48,343 bases of DNA from Halarchaeum sp. (GTDB lineage Archaea; Halobacteriota; Halobacteria; Halobacteriales; Halobacteriaceae): the NCBI GenBank assembly GCA_042216135.1, contig JBDGUG010000040.1:1-48343 (forward strand). Direction: 5' to 3'. The translations under genes and the position numbers were made by a program. Shown here piece after piece: positions 1 to 11,972 of the stretch. The notes below the pieces were generated by a model, which saw only the letters and a list, made by a program, of their open reading frames with translations, ran no database searches and was not told the DNA's origin. The number at the start of each line of letters is the position of its first letter. The stretch's first letter is position 1.

Positions 1-2
1 GG

Positions 3-590
3 AGCGTCACGCGCGGCCTCGAACGCGCCGGCGCGCGCGTCGAGGTGTCCGACGATCCGGACGCGCTCGCCGACGCGGACGGCGTCGTCCTCCCCGGCGT
101 CGGCGCGTTCGGCGACGGCATGGAGAACGCCGGGCCGTTCCGCGACGCCCTCCGGGACGTCGCGGCGTCCGAGACGCCGCTGTTCGGCATCTGCCTCGGG
201 ATGCAGATGCTCCTCGACACGAGCGAGGAAGCCGACCGAGAGGGCCAGGGCGACGTCGAGGGCCTCGGGTTCGTCCCCGGGACGAACGTCCGCTTCACCG
301 ACGACGACCTGAAGATCCCGCACATGGGCTGGAACGAACTCTCCGTCGAACGCGACCACCCGCTCGTCGACGGCGTCGACGGCGAGTACGCCTACTTCGT
401 CCACTCCTACTACGCCGAACCGGACGACCCGACCCACGTCGTCGCCACTACCGACTACGGCCACGACTTCGCGTCCGTCGTCGCGAACGACGACGGCACC
501 GTCTTCGGCACCCAGTTCCACCCGGAGAAGTCCGGGGAGACGGGACTGCGCATCCTCCGGAACTTCGTCGACCTCTGCGCGGACGCCTAG
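3..590 (+). CDS. hisH: Imidazole glycerol phosphate synthase glutamine amidotransferase subunit (5' end outside the window)
   Basis: LPGVGAF, GICLGMQ (catalytic Cys), PHMGWN, YFVHSY and QFHPEKS motifs; the frame is open to the window edge. Confidence 0.95.
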   Translation, partial: SVTRGLERAGARVEVSDDPDALADADGVVLPGVGAFGDGMENAGPFRDALRDVAASETPLFGICLGMQMLLDTSEEADREGQGDVEGLGFVPGTNVRFTDDDLKIPHMGWNELSVERDHPLVDGVDGEYAYFVHSYYAEPDDPTHVVATTDYGHDFASVVANDDGTVFGTQFHPEKSGETGLRILRNFVDLCADA

Positions 591-616
591 ATAACGCGAT
601 TCGACCGCCGCGCGCC

Positions 617-1822
617 TCACGCGTCCCGACGGCGCGCCGCCTCGACGGCGCGCATCGCCGGCCCGTTCCGCCGCAGGTCGTCGGCGAGGCGTTCGAGGTC
701 CGCGGCGTCCGCGAACGCGTAACAGCCGTCGAGATAGGGGAGCGCGGCGCGCATCCCGGGCGCGACGGGCCGCCAGTCCGGGTTCGCGGCGAGCGGATTC
801 AGCCACAGGACGACGCCGGCGCGCCCCGAGAGCCACGCGAGTTCGCGCCGTAGCCGCGCGGTGTCGCCGTGTTCGACGCCGTCGCTGACGATCACGACGG
901 CGCGCCGGTCGTCGACGGTCTCCGGGCGCTCCCGGTGGAGCGTCGCGAGCGCCTCCCCGATTCGCGTACCGCCGCCCCACGTCACCCCGCTCGCTTCGAG
1001 CGCGCGCGCCGCCGCGGCCACGGAGGGCGCGTCGAACGCGGCGCCGACGTCCCGCAGTTCCGTGTCGAAGAACAGTATCGTGGCGTCCCGCCAGCGCGCG
1101 CGGAGCTCGACGCAGAACGCGAGGAGCGCGCTCCGGTCGACGTGGTCGAGGACGGACCCGCTGACGTCCACGAGGACGACGCCGCTCGCCGCGTCCCGCG
1201 CGGGCGTTCGCTCCGGCACGTCGAGGATTCGCCCGCCCGTGGACGCGCTCTTCCGGAGCGCGCGCCGCACGTCCGGTGCGCCTGCACCGTCCGTCCAGCG
1301 TCGTCCCTGTCGGGCGGCGACGGCGTCGGTGAACGCCGCGGCGGCGTCCGCGACGTCGACGTCAGATATCTCGCCGCGTTCGATTCGCTCGCTCTCCCCG
1401 TCCGCGCTGTACTGGCGGCCCGCGCCGCGCGCGTCGCTCGCCCCGACGCCGCCCGCGCGCTCCCCGCCGCTCGCGCCCGCCTCGCCGGCGTCCGCGTCGC
1501 TGACGGTCTGCCCGGGCGCGTCCGCGACGCCCGTCGCGTCGGTGCCGAGCGTCGCCACGTCGTCCCCGTCGCCGTACGCGGCGTCCTCGCCCCGGGCGCG
1601 CGCCCAGAACGTCTCGAACGCCGCGTCGAAGACGTCCCGGTCGCGCGGGCGCGTGCAGAGGGTCGCGGCCAGCGCCGTCCGTACCGTCGCTTTCGAGCGG
1701 TCGTCGAGCGCGGCGACGGCTTCGGCGGCCGCGACGGCGCCGTCGCCCGGCACCGCGACGCCGCTCGCGCGCAGGATGCCGACGAACCGGGCGAGTTCCG
1801 CGCGGAGGTGCGCGGCTATCAC
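617..1822 (-). CDS. VWA-domain protein, CoxE-like
   Basis: MIDAS-like DVSGS, WGGGTRIG, IVSDG and WLNPLA motifs typical of VWA_CoxE; overlaps the stop of the upstream ATPase. Confidence 0.85.
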   Translation of the reverse strand: MIAAHLRAELARFVGILRASGVAVPGDGAVAAAEAVAALDDRSKATVRTALAATLCTRPRDRDVFDAAFETFWARARGEDAAYGDGDDVATLGTDATGVADAPGQTVSDADAGEAGASGGERAGGVGASDARGAGRQYSADGESERIERGEISDVDVADAAAAFTDAVAARQGRRWTDGAGAPDVRRALRKSASTGGRILDVPERTPARDAASGVVLVDVSGSVLDHVDRSALLAFCVELRARWRDATILFFDTELRDVGAAFDAPSVAAAARALEASGVTWGGGTRIGEALATLHRERPETVDDRRAVVIVSDGVEHGDTARLRRELAWLSGRAGVVLWLNPLAANPDWRPVAPGMRAALPYLDGCYAFADAADLERLADDLRRNGPAMRAVEAARRRDA

Positions 1823-2697
1823 GGGAGGATGTCGGCGACGACGTCCTCGTCAACCTGCTCGACGTCGCTCGCGTCCTTCAGCAGACAGCCGAGTGTCTCG
1901 CGAACCGTCGCTTCGTCCAGGTCGGCGACGTCGAGCGCGGCGAGCGCCTCCGCCCAGTCGAGCGTCTCCGCCACCCCGGGGGGTTTGCGAAGCGGGCGCT
2001 CACGGAGGCGTTCGACGACCCCGCAGACGTCCGCGGCGACGGCGTCGTCGAGTTCGGGGACCTTCCGGCGGACGATTTCGGTCTCGCGTTCGACGTCCGG
2101 CGGGCCGACGTGCAGGTAGAGACAGCGCCGTTTCAGCGCGTCGGAGAGCGCGCGCGTCCGGTTCGACGTGAGCACGACCACCGGGGGCGTTTTCGCGGCG
2201 ACGGTGCCGAGTTCGGGGATGGAGACCTGGAAGTCCGAGAGCACCTCCAGGAGGAGCGCCTCGAACGCCTCGTCCGCCCGATCAACCTCGTCGACGAGGA
2301 GGACGGGCGGCCGGTCGTTCTCGTCTGCGGCGCGAATCGCGCGCAGGAGCGGGCGTTCAAGCAGGTACTCCTCGTCGAAGACGGAGTCGTCGCCCGCCAC
2401 CGTTCCGCCCGCGCCCTCCACGGCGAGCAGTTGTTTCGTATAGTTCCACTCGTAGAGGGCGTTCTCGGCGGCGAGACCCTCGTAGCACTGGAGGCGCACG
2501 AGTTCGGCGTCGAAGCCGGCGGCGAGCGTCTTCGCCAGTTCGGTCTTCCCCGCGCCCGGCGCACCCTCCACGAGCAGGGGTTTGCCGAGGCGGAGCGCGA
2601 GCAGCGCGCTCGTCACGACGTCCTCGTCGGCGACGTAGTCCCGACGGTCGAACGCCGCGCGCACGTCGTCCGCGGTCACGTCCGCGAAGGCGGTCAT
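1819..2697 (-). CDS. MoxR-family AAA+ ATPase, CoxD-like
   Basis: Walker [21 protein letters not shown], Walker [25 protein letters not shown]; start taken at MTAFAD. Confidence 0.9.
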   Translation of the reverse strand: MTAFADVTADDVRAAFDRRDYVADEDVVTSALLALRLGKPLLVEGAPGAGKTELAKTLAAGFDAELVRLQCYEGLAAENALYEWNYTKQLLAVEGAGGTVAGDDSVFDEEYLLERPLLRAIRAADENDRPPVLLVDEVDRADEAFEALLLEVLSDFQVSIPELGTVAAKTPPVVVLTSNRTRALSDALKRRCLYLHVGPPDVERETEIVRRKVPELDDAVAADVCGVVERLRERPLRKPPGVAETLDWAEALAALDVADLDEATVRETLGCLLKDASDVEQVDEDVVADILP

Positions 2698-2738
2698 CAC
2701 GCACGCGTAGGCGCCCGAGCGGAAAAAGCCCCGCGCGC

Positions 2739-3089
2739 CTAGATGAACTCGCGGACCTCCGAGTAGTACATGTCGTGGCGGTCCACTTCGCCGACGCGTT
2801 CCGCGACGTCGACGGCGAGGACGTGCCAGCAGCGCTGCTCGGGGTCCTCCGGGTCGAGGTTGTACTGGCTGTCTCGGCACGTACAGCCGCCGTCCTCGAC
2901 GACGTACTCGTCCTCGTGGCCGACGACGACGGTGAAGTCGTTGTACCGCTTCACGCGGCCCTCGCCGACGGCGTCGATGGCGCGCCGCCCCCTGTCGCCG
3001 TGCGCGTCGAGGATGGCCGCGACTATCTCCGGGGTGAGTTCGCCCGCCTCCGCGAGGGCGGCCCGCCAGTCGTCCACGTCGGCCGTCAC
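2739..3089 (-). CDS. Small SWIM zinc-finger protein
   Basis: CTC...CWH (CxC-xn-CxH) motif; acidic haloarchaeal composition. Confidence 0.75.
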   Translation of the reverse strand: MTADVDDWRAALAEAGELTPEIVAAILDAHGDRGRRAIDAVGEGRVKRYNDFTVVVGHEDEYVVEDGGCTCRDSQYNLDPEDPEQRCWHVLAVDVAERVGEVDRHDMYYSEVREFI

Positions 3090-3194
3090 TGCACCCGCGT
3101 ACTCGGCGCCCGCGTAAAGAGGTGTGGTTCGCCCGGCCGCGCCGCCGGGCGCGTGTCGTGCCCTTTAGGGCCGCGCCGCCCCGAGGACGCCACG

Positions 3195-4304
3195 ATGCAG
3201 GTGACGGAGGGCGCGGTGACGGTGGAGGTACCCGAGCAGTCGGGCGAGGCGGTGGAGGACGCGGTGTTCTTCAACCCCGAACAGGAGCTGAACCGGGACC
3301 TGACGGTCGCGGCGTTGCGCGCGTACCGGGAGCGCGAACCGCGCGCCGAGACGTATCTCGACGCGATGACCGCCTCGGGAATCCGGGGCGTGCGCGCCGC
3401 CGCCGACGGCTGGGACGCGACGCTCGTGGACCGCGACCCGGACGCCGTCGAACTCGCCGAGGCGAACCTCGCGCGCAACGACGCCGCGGGCGACGTGCGC
3501 TACGACGATGCGAACGCCGCGCTCTGGGACCCCGAGCGCGCGTTCGACGTCGTGGACCTCGACCCGTTCGGCACGCCCGCGCCCTTCCTCGACGCCGCGT
3601 TCGCGAACGCCCGCGACCTCGTCTGCGTCACCGCCACCGACACCGCGCCGCTCTGCGGCGCCCACCTCCAGTCCGGCGTCCGCAAGTACGGGACGGTCCC
3701 GCGGAACACCGAGTACCACGCGGAGATGGGCGTGCGCGTCCTCCTCTCCGCGATGGCGCGCGCCGGCGCGCGCTTCGACGTCGGCGTCACCCCCCTCCTG
3801 ACGCACGCGACCCGCCACTACGTCCGCACCTACGTCGACCTCACGCACTCGGCGAGCGACGCGAACGACGCCGTCGAGACGCTCGGGCACGTCTACCACT
3901 GTCCCGAGTGTCTCTGGCGCGAGCACGGGCGCGGCCTGCACGCCGACCGGCCCGACGCCTGCCCGAACTGCGACGGCACGAACCTCCTCACCGCCGGCCC
4001 CATCTGGCTCGGGGCGACGCACGACGACGCCTTCCTCGACGCGACCCGGGACGCCCTCGACGACTCGATGGGGACCGCCGAGCGCGCCAGCGACCTCCTC
4101 GCGACCCTGCGCGGCGAACTCGACCGGCCCACGCACTACGACCAGCACAAGCTATACGGCCGCTGGGGCGAACCCGCCGTCGGGATGGACGAGTTCCTCG
4201 CCGCGCTCCGGGACGCCGGATTCGACGCCTCGCGCACCCACTACGGCGGCACGACCTTCGAGACGGACGCGTCCGTCGCCCAGATCCGGGACGTCGCGCC
4301 CTAG
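3195..4304 (+). CDS. trm1: tRNA (guanine(26)-N2)-dimethyltransferase
   Basis: [30 protein letters not shown] and CxxC...CxxC zinc ribbon; start at MQVTEG. Confidence 0.95.
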   Translation: MQVTEGAVTVEVPEQSGEAVEDAVFFNPEQELNRDLTVAALRAYREREPRAETYLDAMTASGIRGVRAAADGWDATLVDRDPDAVELAEANLARNDAAGDVRYDDANAALWDPERAFDVVDLDPFGTPAPFLDAAFANARDLVCVTATDTAPLCGAHLQSGVRKYGTVPRNTEYHAEMGVRVLLSAMARAGARFDVGVTPLLTHATRHYVRTYVDLTHSASDANDAVETLGHVYHCPECLWREHGRGLHADRPDACPNCDGTNLLTAGPIWLGATHDDAFLDATRDALDDSMGTAERASDLLATLRGELDRPTHYDQHKLYGRWGEPAVGMDEFLAALRDAGFDASRTHYGGTTFETDASVAQIRDVAP

Positions 4305-4325
4305 CCGCGCGTCTCCGGGAGTGTT

Positions 4326-4781
4326 ATGACAGTCCGGACGGTAGCCACGTTCGTGCCCGCGGGACGAACGGACGACACCGACGCGGAACCGGACGGTGGG
4401 CCGGACGCTCGCGGCGGCCGGAACGAGGCCGCCCCCGACGTCACCGACCTCGCCCACCGCGTCGAGCAGCTCGAATCGGAGCTCGACGAGAAGACGATGA
4501 GCCGCAGCGAACTCGAATCGGAGCTCGAAGGCTACGTGCGCGAGCGCGTCCGCCGGAACCACGCGCGCGGCTGGGGCCCCTATCTCGTGTTGCTCTACGG
4601 GACCGTGATGACGCTCGGCGCGTTCTACTGGCTGGAGAGCGACGGCATCGCCATTCTCGCGATGATCGTCGTCTGGCTCTCCACCCTCGGCCTCTACGTC
4701 CTCTTCGTAGTCTTCGGCCTCGGACTGAACGCGCTCGGCGCGCCCGGGAAAGCGCTCGACTGGCTCCGCTCGAAACGGTGA
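4326..4781 (+). CDS. Hypothetical membrane protein (coiled coil plus 2 TM helices)
   Basis: Acidic coiled-coil segment then RGWGPYLVLLYG and two hydrophobic helices; from memory resembles the C-terminal module of haloarchaeal YihY-type proteins; start uncertain. Confidence 0.6.
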   Translation: MTVRTVATFVPAGRTDDTDAEPDGGPDARGGRNEAAPDVTDLAHRVEQLESELDEKTMSRSELESELEGYVRERVRRNHARGWGPYLVLLYGTVMTLGAFYWLESDGIAILAMIVVWLSTLGLYVLFVVFGLGLNALGAPGKALDWLRSKR

Positions 4782-5587
4782 GGGGAGTCGGCGTCGCGGA
4801 CGCGCTCGCCGGCGTCGTCCCGCCCGCGCTCGTTCCCGTCATCGTCCTCCTCACGCAGTTCGGCGACGCGTGGTTCGTGATGGTCGCCGCCACCGGCGTC
4901 CACTGGCTCGGCCCCCGCTACGGCTTCGTCTCCGAGCGGAACGCCGCGCGCTTCGTCGCCGTCGCCGTCACCGCGTTCGGCGTCGTCGTCGCCGCGAAGG
5001 CGCTCTTCGCGCTCCCGCGTCCGCCCGCGAGCGTCGCGCTCGTCGCCGCGGACGGCTACGGCTTCCCGAGCGGCCACGCCACCGCCGCCGCCGCGCTCTA
5101 CGGCGGGGCCGCCGTCCTCTTCGCGCGTCCGCGCCGGCGCGTCCGCTACGCGCTCGCCGCGACGTTCCTCGTGCTCGTCGCCGGGACGCGCCTCCTCCTC
5201 GGCGTCCACTACCTCGCGGACGTCCTCGCCGGCGCGCTCGTCGGGTCGCTCGTCGTCGCCGCCGTCCTCGCCGTGACGCGCCGACGGCTCACCGACGGGT
5301 TCGCGCTCGCCGCGTTCGCCGGCCTCGCGGCCGTCGCCGTCGCCGGCCCGACGACGGACGCGCTCGCCGCTGCGGGGCTCGCGGGCGGCGCGCTCGTCGG
5401 GTCGCTCGTCGCCGCGCGTCGCGAGCGCCTCGTCGTCCGCGCACCGCGCGCGCTCGCCGGCTACGTCGTCTTCGGCGGTCTCGCCGTCGCGGCGCTACAC
5501 GCGCCGCTCCCGAGCTATGGCGTCGCAATAACGAGTGGGGTGGCGGGCGTCGGCGTACTGGTGGTGCCGACGGTGCGCGTCCGTTAG
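4778..5587 (+). CDS. PAP2-family membrane phosphatase
   Basis: KxxxxxxRP, FPSGHA and TR...GVHYLADV motifs; GTG start overlaps the upstream stop. Confidence 0.9.
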   Translation: MRGVGVADALAGVVPPALVPVIVLLTQFGDAWFVMVAATGVHWLGPRYGFVSERNAARFVAVAVTAFGVVVAAKALFALPRPPASVALVAADGYGFPSGHATAAAALYGGAAVLFARPRRRVRYALAATFLVLVAGTRLLLGVHYLADVLAGALVGSLVVAAVLAVTRRRLTDGFALAAFAGLAAVAVAGPTTDALAAAGLAGGALVGSLVAARRERLVVRAPRALAGYVVFGGLAVAALHAPLPSYGVAITSGVAGVGVLVVPTVRVR

Positions 5588-6954
5588 AACTTCTCGAGGT
5601 ACCGCTCCTTCTCCCAGTCGGAGACCTGGATGCGGTAGCCCGTGTGCTCCTCGCGCTTCGCTTCGACGAACTTCTCGGCGATGTGGTCGCCGAGCGCGTC
5701 CTGAACGACCTCGTCCGCTTCGAGGGCGTCGATGGCCTCGCCGAGGTTCGCGGGGAGCGTCTCGATGCCGTACTCCTCGCGCTTCTCCTCGTCGAACTCG
5801 TAGATGTTCTCGCGGACCGGGTCCGGGGCGTCGAGGCCCTGCTCGATGCCGTCGAGACCCGCGTGGATGAGCGCGGCGAACGCGAGGTACGGGTTACAGG
5901 ACGGGTCCGGGAAGCGCGCTTCGACGCGGGACGCGGCCGGGATGCGCGCCGCGGGCTTGCGGATGAGCGCGGAGCGGTTCCGGTCGGACCACGCGACGTA
6001 GACCGGCGCCTCGTAGCCGGGGACGAGGCGCTTGTAGGAGTTCACGGTCGGGTTCGAGACGGCCGTGATGGCGGGCGCGTGCTCGAGGATGCCCGCGAGG
6101 AACTGGTGGGCGGTCTCGGAGAGGTCGAACTCGTCGCTCTCGTCGTGGAACGCGTTCTCGCCGTCCTGGAAGAGCGAGAAGTGCGTGTGCATGCCGGAGC
6201 CGTTGATCTCCGCGATGGGCTTCGGCATGAACGTCGCGTGCATGTCGTGCTCGGCCGCGATGGCGCGGACGACGGTGCGGAACGTCGCGACGTTGTCCGC
6301 GGTCGTGAGCGCGTCGTCGTACTCGAAGTTGATCTCGTGCTGGGACTCAGCGACCTCGTGGTGGGAGGCCTCGATCTCGAAGCCCATCTGCTCGAGACCG
6401 TTGATGATGTCGCGGCGAACGTCGGAGGCGAGGTCCTTCGGCGCGAGGTCGAAGTAGCCGCCGACGTCGGTGAGTTCGGTCGTGGCGCGCCCGTCCTCGT
6501 CCTCCTCGAAGAGGAAGAACTCGGGTTCGGGGGCGGCGTTGACCTCGTAGCCCATCTCCTCGGCGCGGTCGATTGCGCGCTGGAGGACGCCGCGCGGGTC
6601 GCCCGCGAACGGTTCGTCCGTCGAGGTGTTGATGACGTCGCAGATGAGGCGGGCGGACGCGCCGTCCTCGAAGTCGCGCCACGGGAGCACGGCGAACGTG
6701 TCGGGGTCCGGCTTCAGGCGCATGTCGGACTCCTGGATGCGCACGAAGCCCTCGATGGAGGACCCGTCGAAGTAGATTCCGTCGGTGAACGCCTTCTCGG
6801 CCTGCTCCGCGGGCACGGAGACGTTCTTGACCGTGCCGAGGATGTCGGTGAACTGCAGGCGGAGGAAGTCGACGTTCTTCTCCTCGATCTCGTCCAGTAC
6901 GTCCTGCTCGGTCTCGGTGAGGCCGCCATCGGCGACAGGTTTCCCGTTCGTCAT
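5584..6954 (-). CDS. glnA: Glutamine synthetase type I
   Basis: [55 protein letters not shown]. Confidence 0.98.
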   Translation of the reverse strand: MTNGKPVADGGLTETEQDVLDEIEEKNVDFLRLQFTDILGTVKNVSVPAEQAEKAFTDGIYFDGSSIEGFVRIQESDMRLKPDPDTFAVLPWRDFEDGASARLICDVINTSTDEPFAGDPRGVLQRAIDRAEEMGYEVNAAPEPEFFLFEEDEDGRATTELTDVGGYFDLAPKDLASDVRRDIINGLEQMGFEIEASHHEVAESQHEINFEYDDALTTADNVATFRTVVRAIAAEHDMHATFMPKPIAEINGSGMHTHFSLFQDGENAFHDESDEFDLSETAHQFLAGILEHAPAITAVSNPTVNSYKRLVPGYEAPVYVAWSDRNRSALIRKPAARIPAASRVEARFPDPSCNPYLAFAALIHAGLDGIEQGLDAPDPVRENIYEFDEEKREEYGIETLPANLGEAIDALEADEVVQDALGDHIAEKFVEAKREEHTGYRIQVSDWEKERYLEKF

Positions 6955-7078
6955 TGGTTCCGTCACCCGATGCAAAGACAGCAACTATTAAATCGGTTCC
7001 GGTCTGAGCAAATCTCCTCTGCCCGAGGTGAAGTGGACGTTCGTTAAATTCTAATGGGTGGGGGTCGTGCGTGCCCAT
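6955..7078. promoter_or_regulatory. Divergent glnA/lrp promoter region
   Basis: AT-rich TATA-like boxes near 6985-6993 (toward glnA) and 7043-7050 (toward lrp), each about 30 nt from a start codon. Confidence 0.6.
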
Positions 7079-7540
7079 ATGACCTACGAGAACCTCGACG
7101 CCAAGCTCATCAACGCGCTCCTCGGCGACGGCCGCGCCAGCCTCCGAAGCCTCGCCGAAGAACTCGACGTCTCCGTCACCACCGTCTCCAACCACCTCTC
7201 CGACCTCGAAGAGGAGGGCGTCATCAAGGGGTATACGCCCGTCGTCGACTACGGCAAACTCGGCTACGACGTCACCGCCATCCTCCAACTGAAGGTGGAG
7301 GGCGGCGCGCTCCCCGACCTCACCCACCGCCTCCGCAAGCACAAGCAGATGGTCTCCGTCTACGAGGTCACGGGCGACTACGACGTCATCGCCGTCGGGA
7401 AGTTCGAGGACACCGACGACATGAACACGCTCATCAAGGAACTCCTCGGCGACGCCGACATCAAGGAGTCCGCGACCAGCGTCGTCCTCGACGCCGCCGT
7501 CGAGAACCAGCAGTTCGAACTCGACGTCGACGAGGAGTAA
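7079..7540 (+). CDS. lrp: Lrp/AsnC family transcriptional regulator Lrp
   Basis: N-terminal HTH ([20 protein letters not shown]) and RAM domain (YEVTGDYD); divergent from glnA as in Halobacterium. Confidence 0.92.
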   Translation: MTYENLDAKLINALLGDGRASLRSLAEELDVSVTTVSNHLSDLEEEGVIKGYTPVVDYGKLGYDVTAILQLKVEGGALPDLTHRLRKHKQMVSVYEVTGDYDVIAVGKFEDTDDMNTLIKELLGDADIKESATSVVLDAAVENQQFELDVDEE

Positions 7541-7671
7541 CCCCCACTCGTCCTTCCTTCCTCTTCGCCGCGTAGCTACTGCTGTCGCTTCTCGTCTCCG
7601 TGTAGCCGCCGCTCTGTACGGAGGTCAGAAAAAACCGCAGTGGGCCGAACGATCAGCGAGCGGTGCGGCGA

Positions 7672-7826
7672 GCGTTCGCGCGACGAGCGGTCCGTCAGGA
7701 CCCGGTCGTCGCGCGATTCACTCGCCCTTCGGGCGAGGCCCGAGCGCGACCACCGCGCGCCGGAGGCGCGCGACGGGCTTTTCGCGTACTTTTGCCAGCG
7801 CGCGCTTCGCGCGCTGGCAAAAGGTC
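7672..7826 (+). repeat. Dispersed structured repeat, copy A
   Basis: GCGTTCGCGCGACGAGCGG...ATTCAC...GCTTTT...CTTTTGC-hairpin-GCAAAAGGTC; perfect 16-bp stem at 7789-7823; similar to copies B-D. Confidence 0.85.
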
Positions 7827-9497
<1,671 letters not shown>

Positions 9498-9509
9498 CGT
9501 CATCGGAAC

Positions 9510-9535
9510 GATTGTTTGCCCTTCTATATAAAACT
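9510..9535 (-). promoter_or_regulatory. Thermosome (heat-shock type) promoter
   Basis: Minus strand reads TTTTATATAGAAGGGCAAACAATC just upstream of the start; a TATA box plus downstream CAAA element, as described for haloarchaeal cct promoters. Confidence 0.65.
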
Positions 9536-9665
9536 ACCGCCGCGGGACGCCAGATACGGCCGGGAGAGCGCCCGAGACACCCGAATAGTGTGTGGGGTGT
9601 TCTCGTGGTTCAGCCCCCTGTCGGGGGCCACCAGCGATTTCCCGCCCCCAGACCACGCCCCATGC

Positions 9666-9905
9666 GTGACCACGCTCACCAGCGAAGACGAAGGCAAGAT
9701 ACTCGTCGACGCCGAGGGCGACGAACTCGGCGTCGTGACCGACGTCGAATCGGACACCGTGTGGATCGACCCCGACCCCGGCCTCGGCGAGGCGGCGCTC
9801 GCCGCCTTCGGGTGGAGCGACCACGACGAAGACGACTACACCGTCGACGCCGACGCCGTCGACACCGTCACCGAAGGCGAGCTCCGCGTCGACGCCGACC
9901 TGTAG
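9666..9905 (+). CDS. Small PRC-barrel domain protein
   Basis: DEGKILVDAEGDELGVVTDV...DPDPG pattern; highly acidic; GTG start (tail of ORF 7998..9905). Confidence 0.8.
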   Translation: MTTLTSEDEGKILVDAEGDELGVVTDVESDTVWIDPDPGLGEAALAAFGWSDHDEDDYTVDADAVDTVTEGELRVDADL

Positions 9906-9959
9906 CGGGCGCCGTCCGAGGCCGCTCCGCGGCCCGGAAACGCGGCCCTCGCCTCCCGC

Positions 9960-10358
9960 CTAGCACTCCACCGACCGACGCGCGGCCACCGCGACCCCGG
10001 CCCCCGTCGCGTTCACCCACACCGGCGCGCCACACGTCGCGTTCTCGAGACGCACGCGCGCCGTCTCACCCGATCCGACGTCCCGTCGCGTCCGCGTCGA
10101 CCCGTTCGTCCGGACGACGACGCGCCCCAGCGTCACGCCCCCCGGGTACCGGTTCGTCACCGCCACCGTCGCGGTCGCATTCCCTCTCTCCCCCGCGGCG
10201 GACGCGTCGACGCCCAGATAGGCGCTCGCGTCGGGCGCCACGTTCACGCTCACGTCCCGGTCGAGGGACGCCCGACTCACCGCGCCCGTCCCGGTGACGA
10301 GCGCCGCCGCGACGCACAGCGCGCCCGCGACCAGCAGCCACCGGCGGAGCCGCGCCAC
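9960..10358 (-). CDS. Secreted/surface protein (DUF1102-like, pilin/fibre-type signal peptide)
   Basis: N-terminal hydrophobic helix then TGTGA.S.A..DR.VSV.VA.D..AYLG motif seen in haloarchaeal signal-peptidase-associated clusters. Confidence 0.65.
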   Translation of the reverse strand: MARLRRWLLVAGALCVAAALVTGTGAVSRASLDRDVSVNVAPDASAYLGVDASAAGERGNATATVAVTNRYPGGVTLGRVVVRTNGSTRTRRDVGSGETARVRLENATCGAPVWVNATGAGVAVAARRSVEC

Positions 10359-10359
10359 G

Positions 10360-10780
10360 CTACTCCACCTCGGGCGGTTTCTCGCGCGCGCCCAACCGCA
10401 TCCGATAGTAGTTGTCGTAGAAGTGCCCGAGCGAGGAGACGAACAGCGCCGTCGCGAAGAAGACGCACCAGTCCAGCGCCGGGACGGTCGAGAACGGCGC
10501 CAGGTGGACGAGCGCCGCGGCGAGCGCGAGCGTCATCACCCCGGAGAACCCGAGATAGTAGAGCCCCCAGGGGATGCCTCTGGTCGGCAGGACGTCCACG
10601 TAGAAGTCGTTCTCCGCCGCCGCCGCCGTCAGCGTCACCGCGCCCCGCCGCGAGTCGTACTCCACGAACCCGTGGTCCTCCATCTTCGGCAGATGGAACT
10701 GGTGGAGCGCGTTCTGCACGCGCTTTCGCTCCCGGTAGCTGAGCCGCTCCACCGGCTTGTCGTTCTCCCACGCCGCGACC
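10360..10780 (-). pseudogene. 5'-truncated membrane-anchored winged-helix protein (DUF7344-like)
   Basis: VAAWENDKPVERLSYRERKRVQNALHQFHLPKM..GFVEYD plus 2 TM helices; the first HTH helices are missing and there is an in-frame TAG at 10801-10803. Confidence 0.7.
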
Positions 10781-11758
10781 GTGCGGACGCCGAACGCCGT
10801 CTACCCGGCCGGGACGACGCTGCGCGACCGCCCGGCCTACTTCACCGCCATCGAACCCGTGTTGAACGGGAGCTACACTTTCCGATACGCCGCGCCCCGG
10901 GGAGACCTCAGCGTTCGATCGGACGCCGAACTCGTGTTCCGGTCGGTGGAGCGCGGCCGGAACGGGAACGTCACCACGGTGTACTGGTCTCGGACGCGCC
11001 CGCTCGACGCGCGGCGCGTCGACTCGCTTCCGGCGGGGGACCGCCTCGTCGTCCCGTTCTCGTTCAACGTCTCGCGTCTCGTCGACCGACGGGATCGGAT
11101 GAGCGAACGGATCGGGCACTCCCCGGGGCAGGCGGAAGCGCTCGTCCGCGTCGCGCTCACCTACGACGGGACGGTCGACGGCCGCCGCGTGAACCGGACG
11201 CGGACGTACGCGATGCCGGTGACGCTCGGCGAGACGTACCACGTCCTCGGGAACACCACCGAGACGCACGCCCACCCCATCACTCGCACCGTCACCGTCC
11301 CGAACCGCCCCGGACCCCTGCGTCGGGTCGGCGGGCCCGCGCTCCTCCTCGCCTCGCTGGCCGCGCTCGGCGCCCTCCTCGTCCTCCGGCGCACCGGCCG
11401 CCTCGAACCCACCGCGGCCGAACGCGACTACGCGGACTACCGCGACGCGCGCGCGGAGTTCGAGGAGTGGATTCACGCGGTCACGCTCCCCGACGGCGCG
11501 GCCGACCTCCCGCGCGGCGAGGCCGCGACGCTCGCGGACCTCGTGGACCTCGCCATCGACGCGAACGCCCCGGTGCTCCACCCGCCCGGGGACGACGCCT
11601 ACTACGTGTTCCACGACGGCTACCGCTACGTCTACGAACCGCCGACGCTCGACGACGAACGCGCGGAACCGGCGCTGGCGGAGGGCGACGACGACTCGAC
11701 GGACGCGCAGAACGCCGGGGACGCCGACGACGGATCCGGTCGCGTCGGCGGCGCGTGA
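10757..11758 (+). pseudogene. 5'-truncated DUF5305-like membrane protein
   Basis: FSHAATV..PN..YP.GTTL.DRP.YF start, one TM helix, EFEEWI and LADLVDLAIDAN.PV C-terminal motif; the usual N-terminal TM anchor is absent. Confidence 0.65.
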
Positions 11759-11842
11759 GCGGGCGCTCGTCGGCACTCTCCCGCCCGCCGACCGACGTCG
11801 CATCCGCTACGCGGTGCTCGTCGGCGTTGATTCGGTAGAAGA

Positions 11843-11924
11843 CGCCGGGACAGGGATTTGAACCCTGAACCCCGTAAGGGGACACGCTTTCCAGGCGTGC
11901 GCTTTGCCATTCGGCCATCCCGGC
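11843..11924 (-). tRNA. tRNA-Ser(GGA)
   Basis: GCCGGGATGGCCGAATGG...CACGC-CT-GGA-AA-GCGTG, long variable arm, GGTTCAAATCC T-arm, CCCGGCG end; TTTAAA box about 30 nt upstream. Confidence 0.95.
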
Positions 11925-11972
11925 CCGCACTCCACGATAACTCGGTCGCCCGTTTAAAGCCTTCTCTTCGAG

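Noticed and set aside
9900-11860. Integrative element at tRNA-Ser
   Set aside because: No integrase and no duplicated tRNA 3' end (att site) found by eye in the window.
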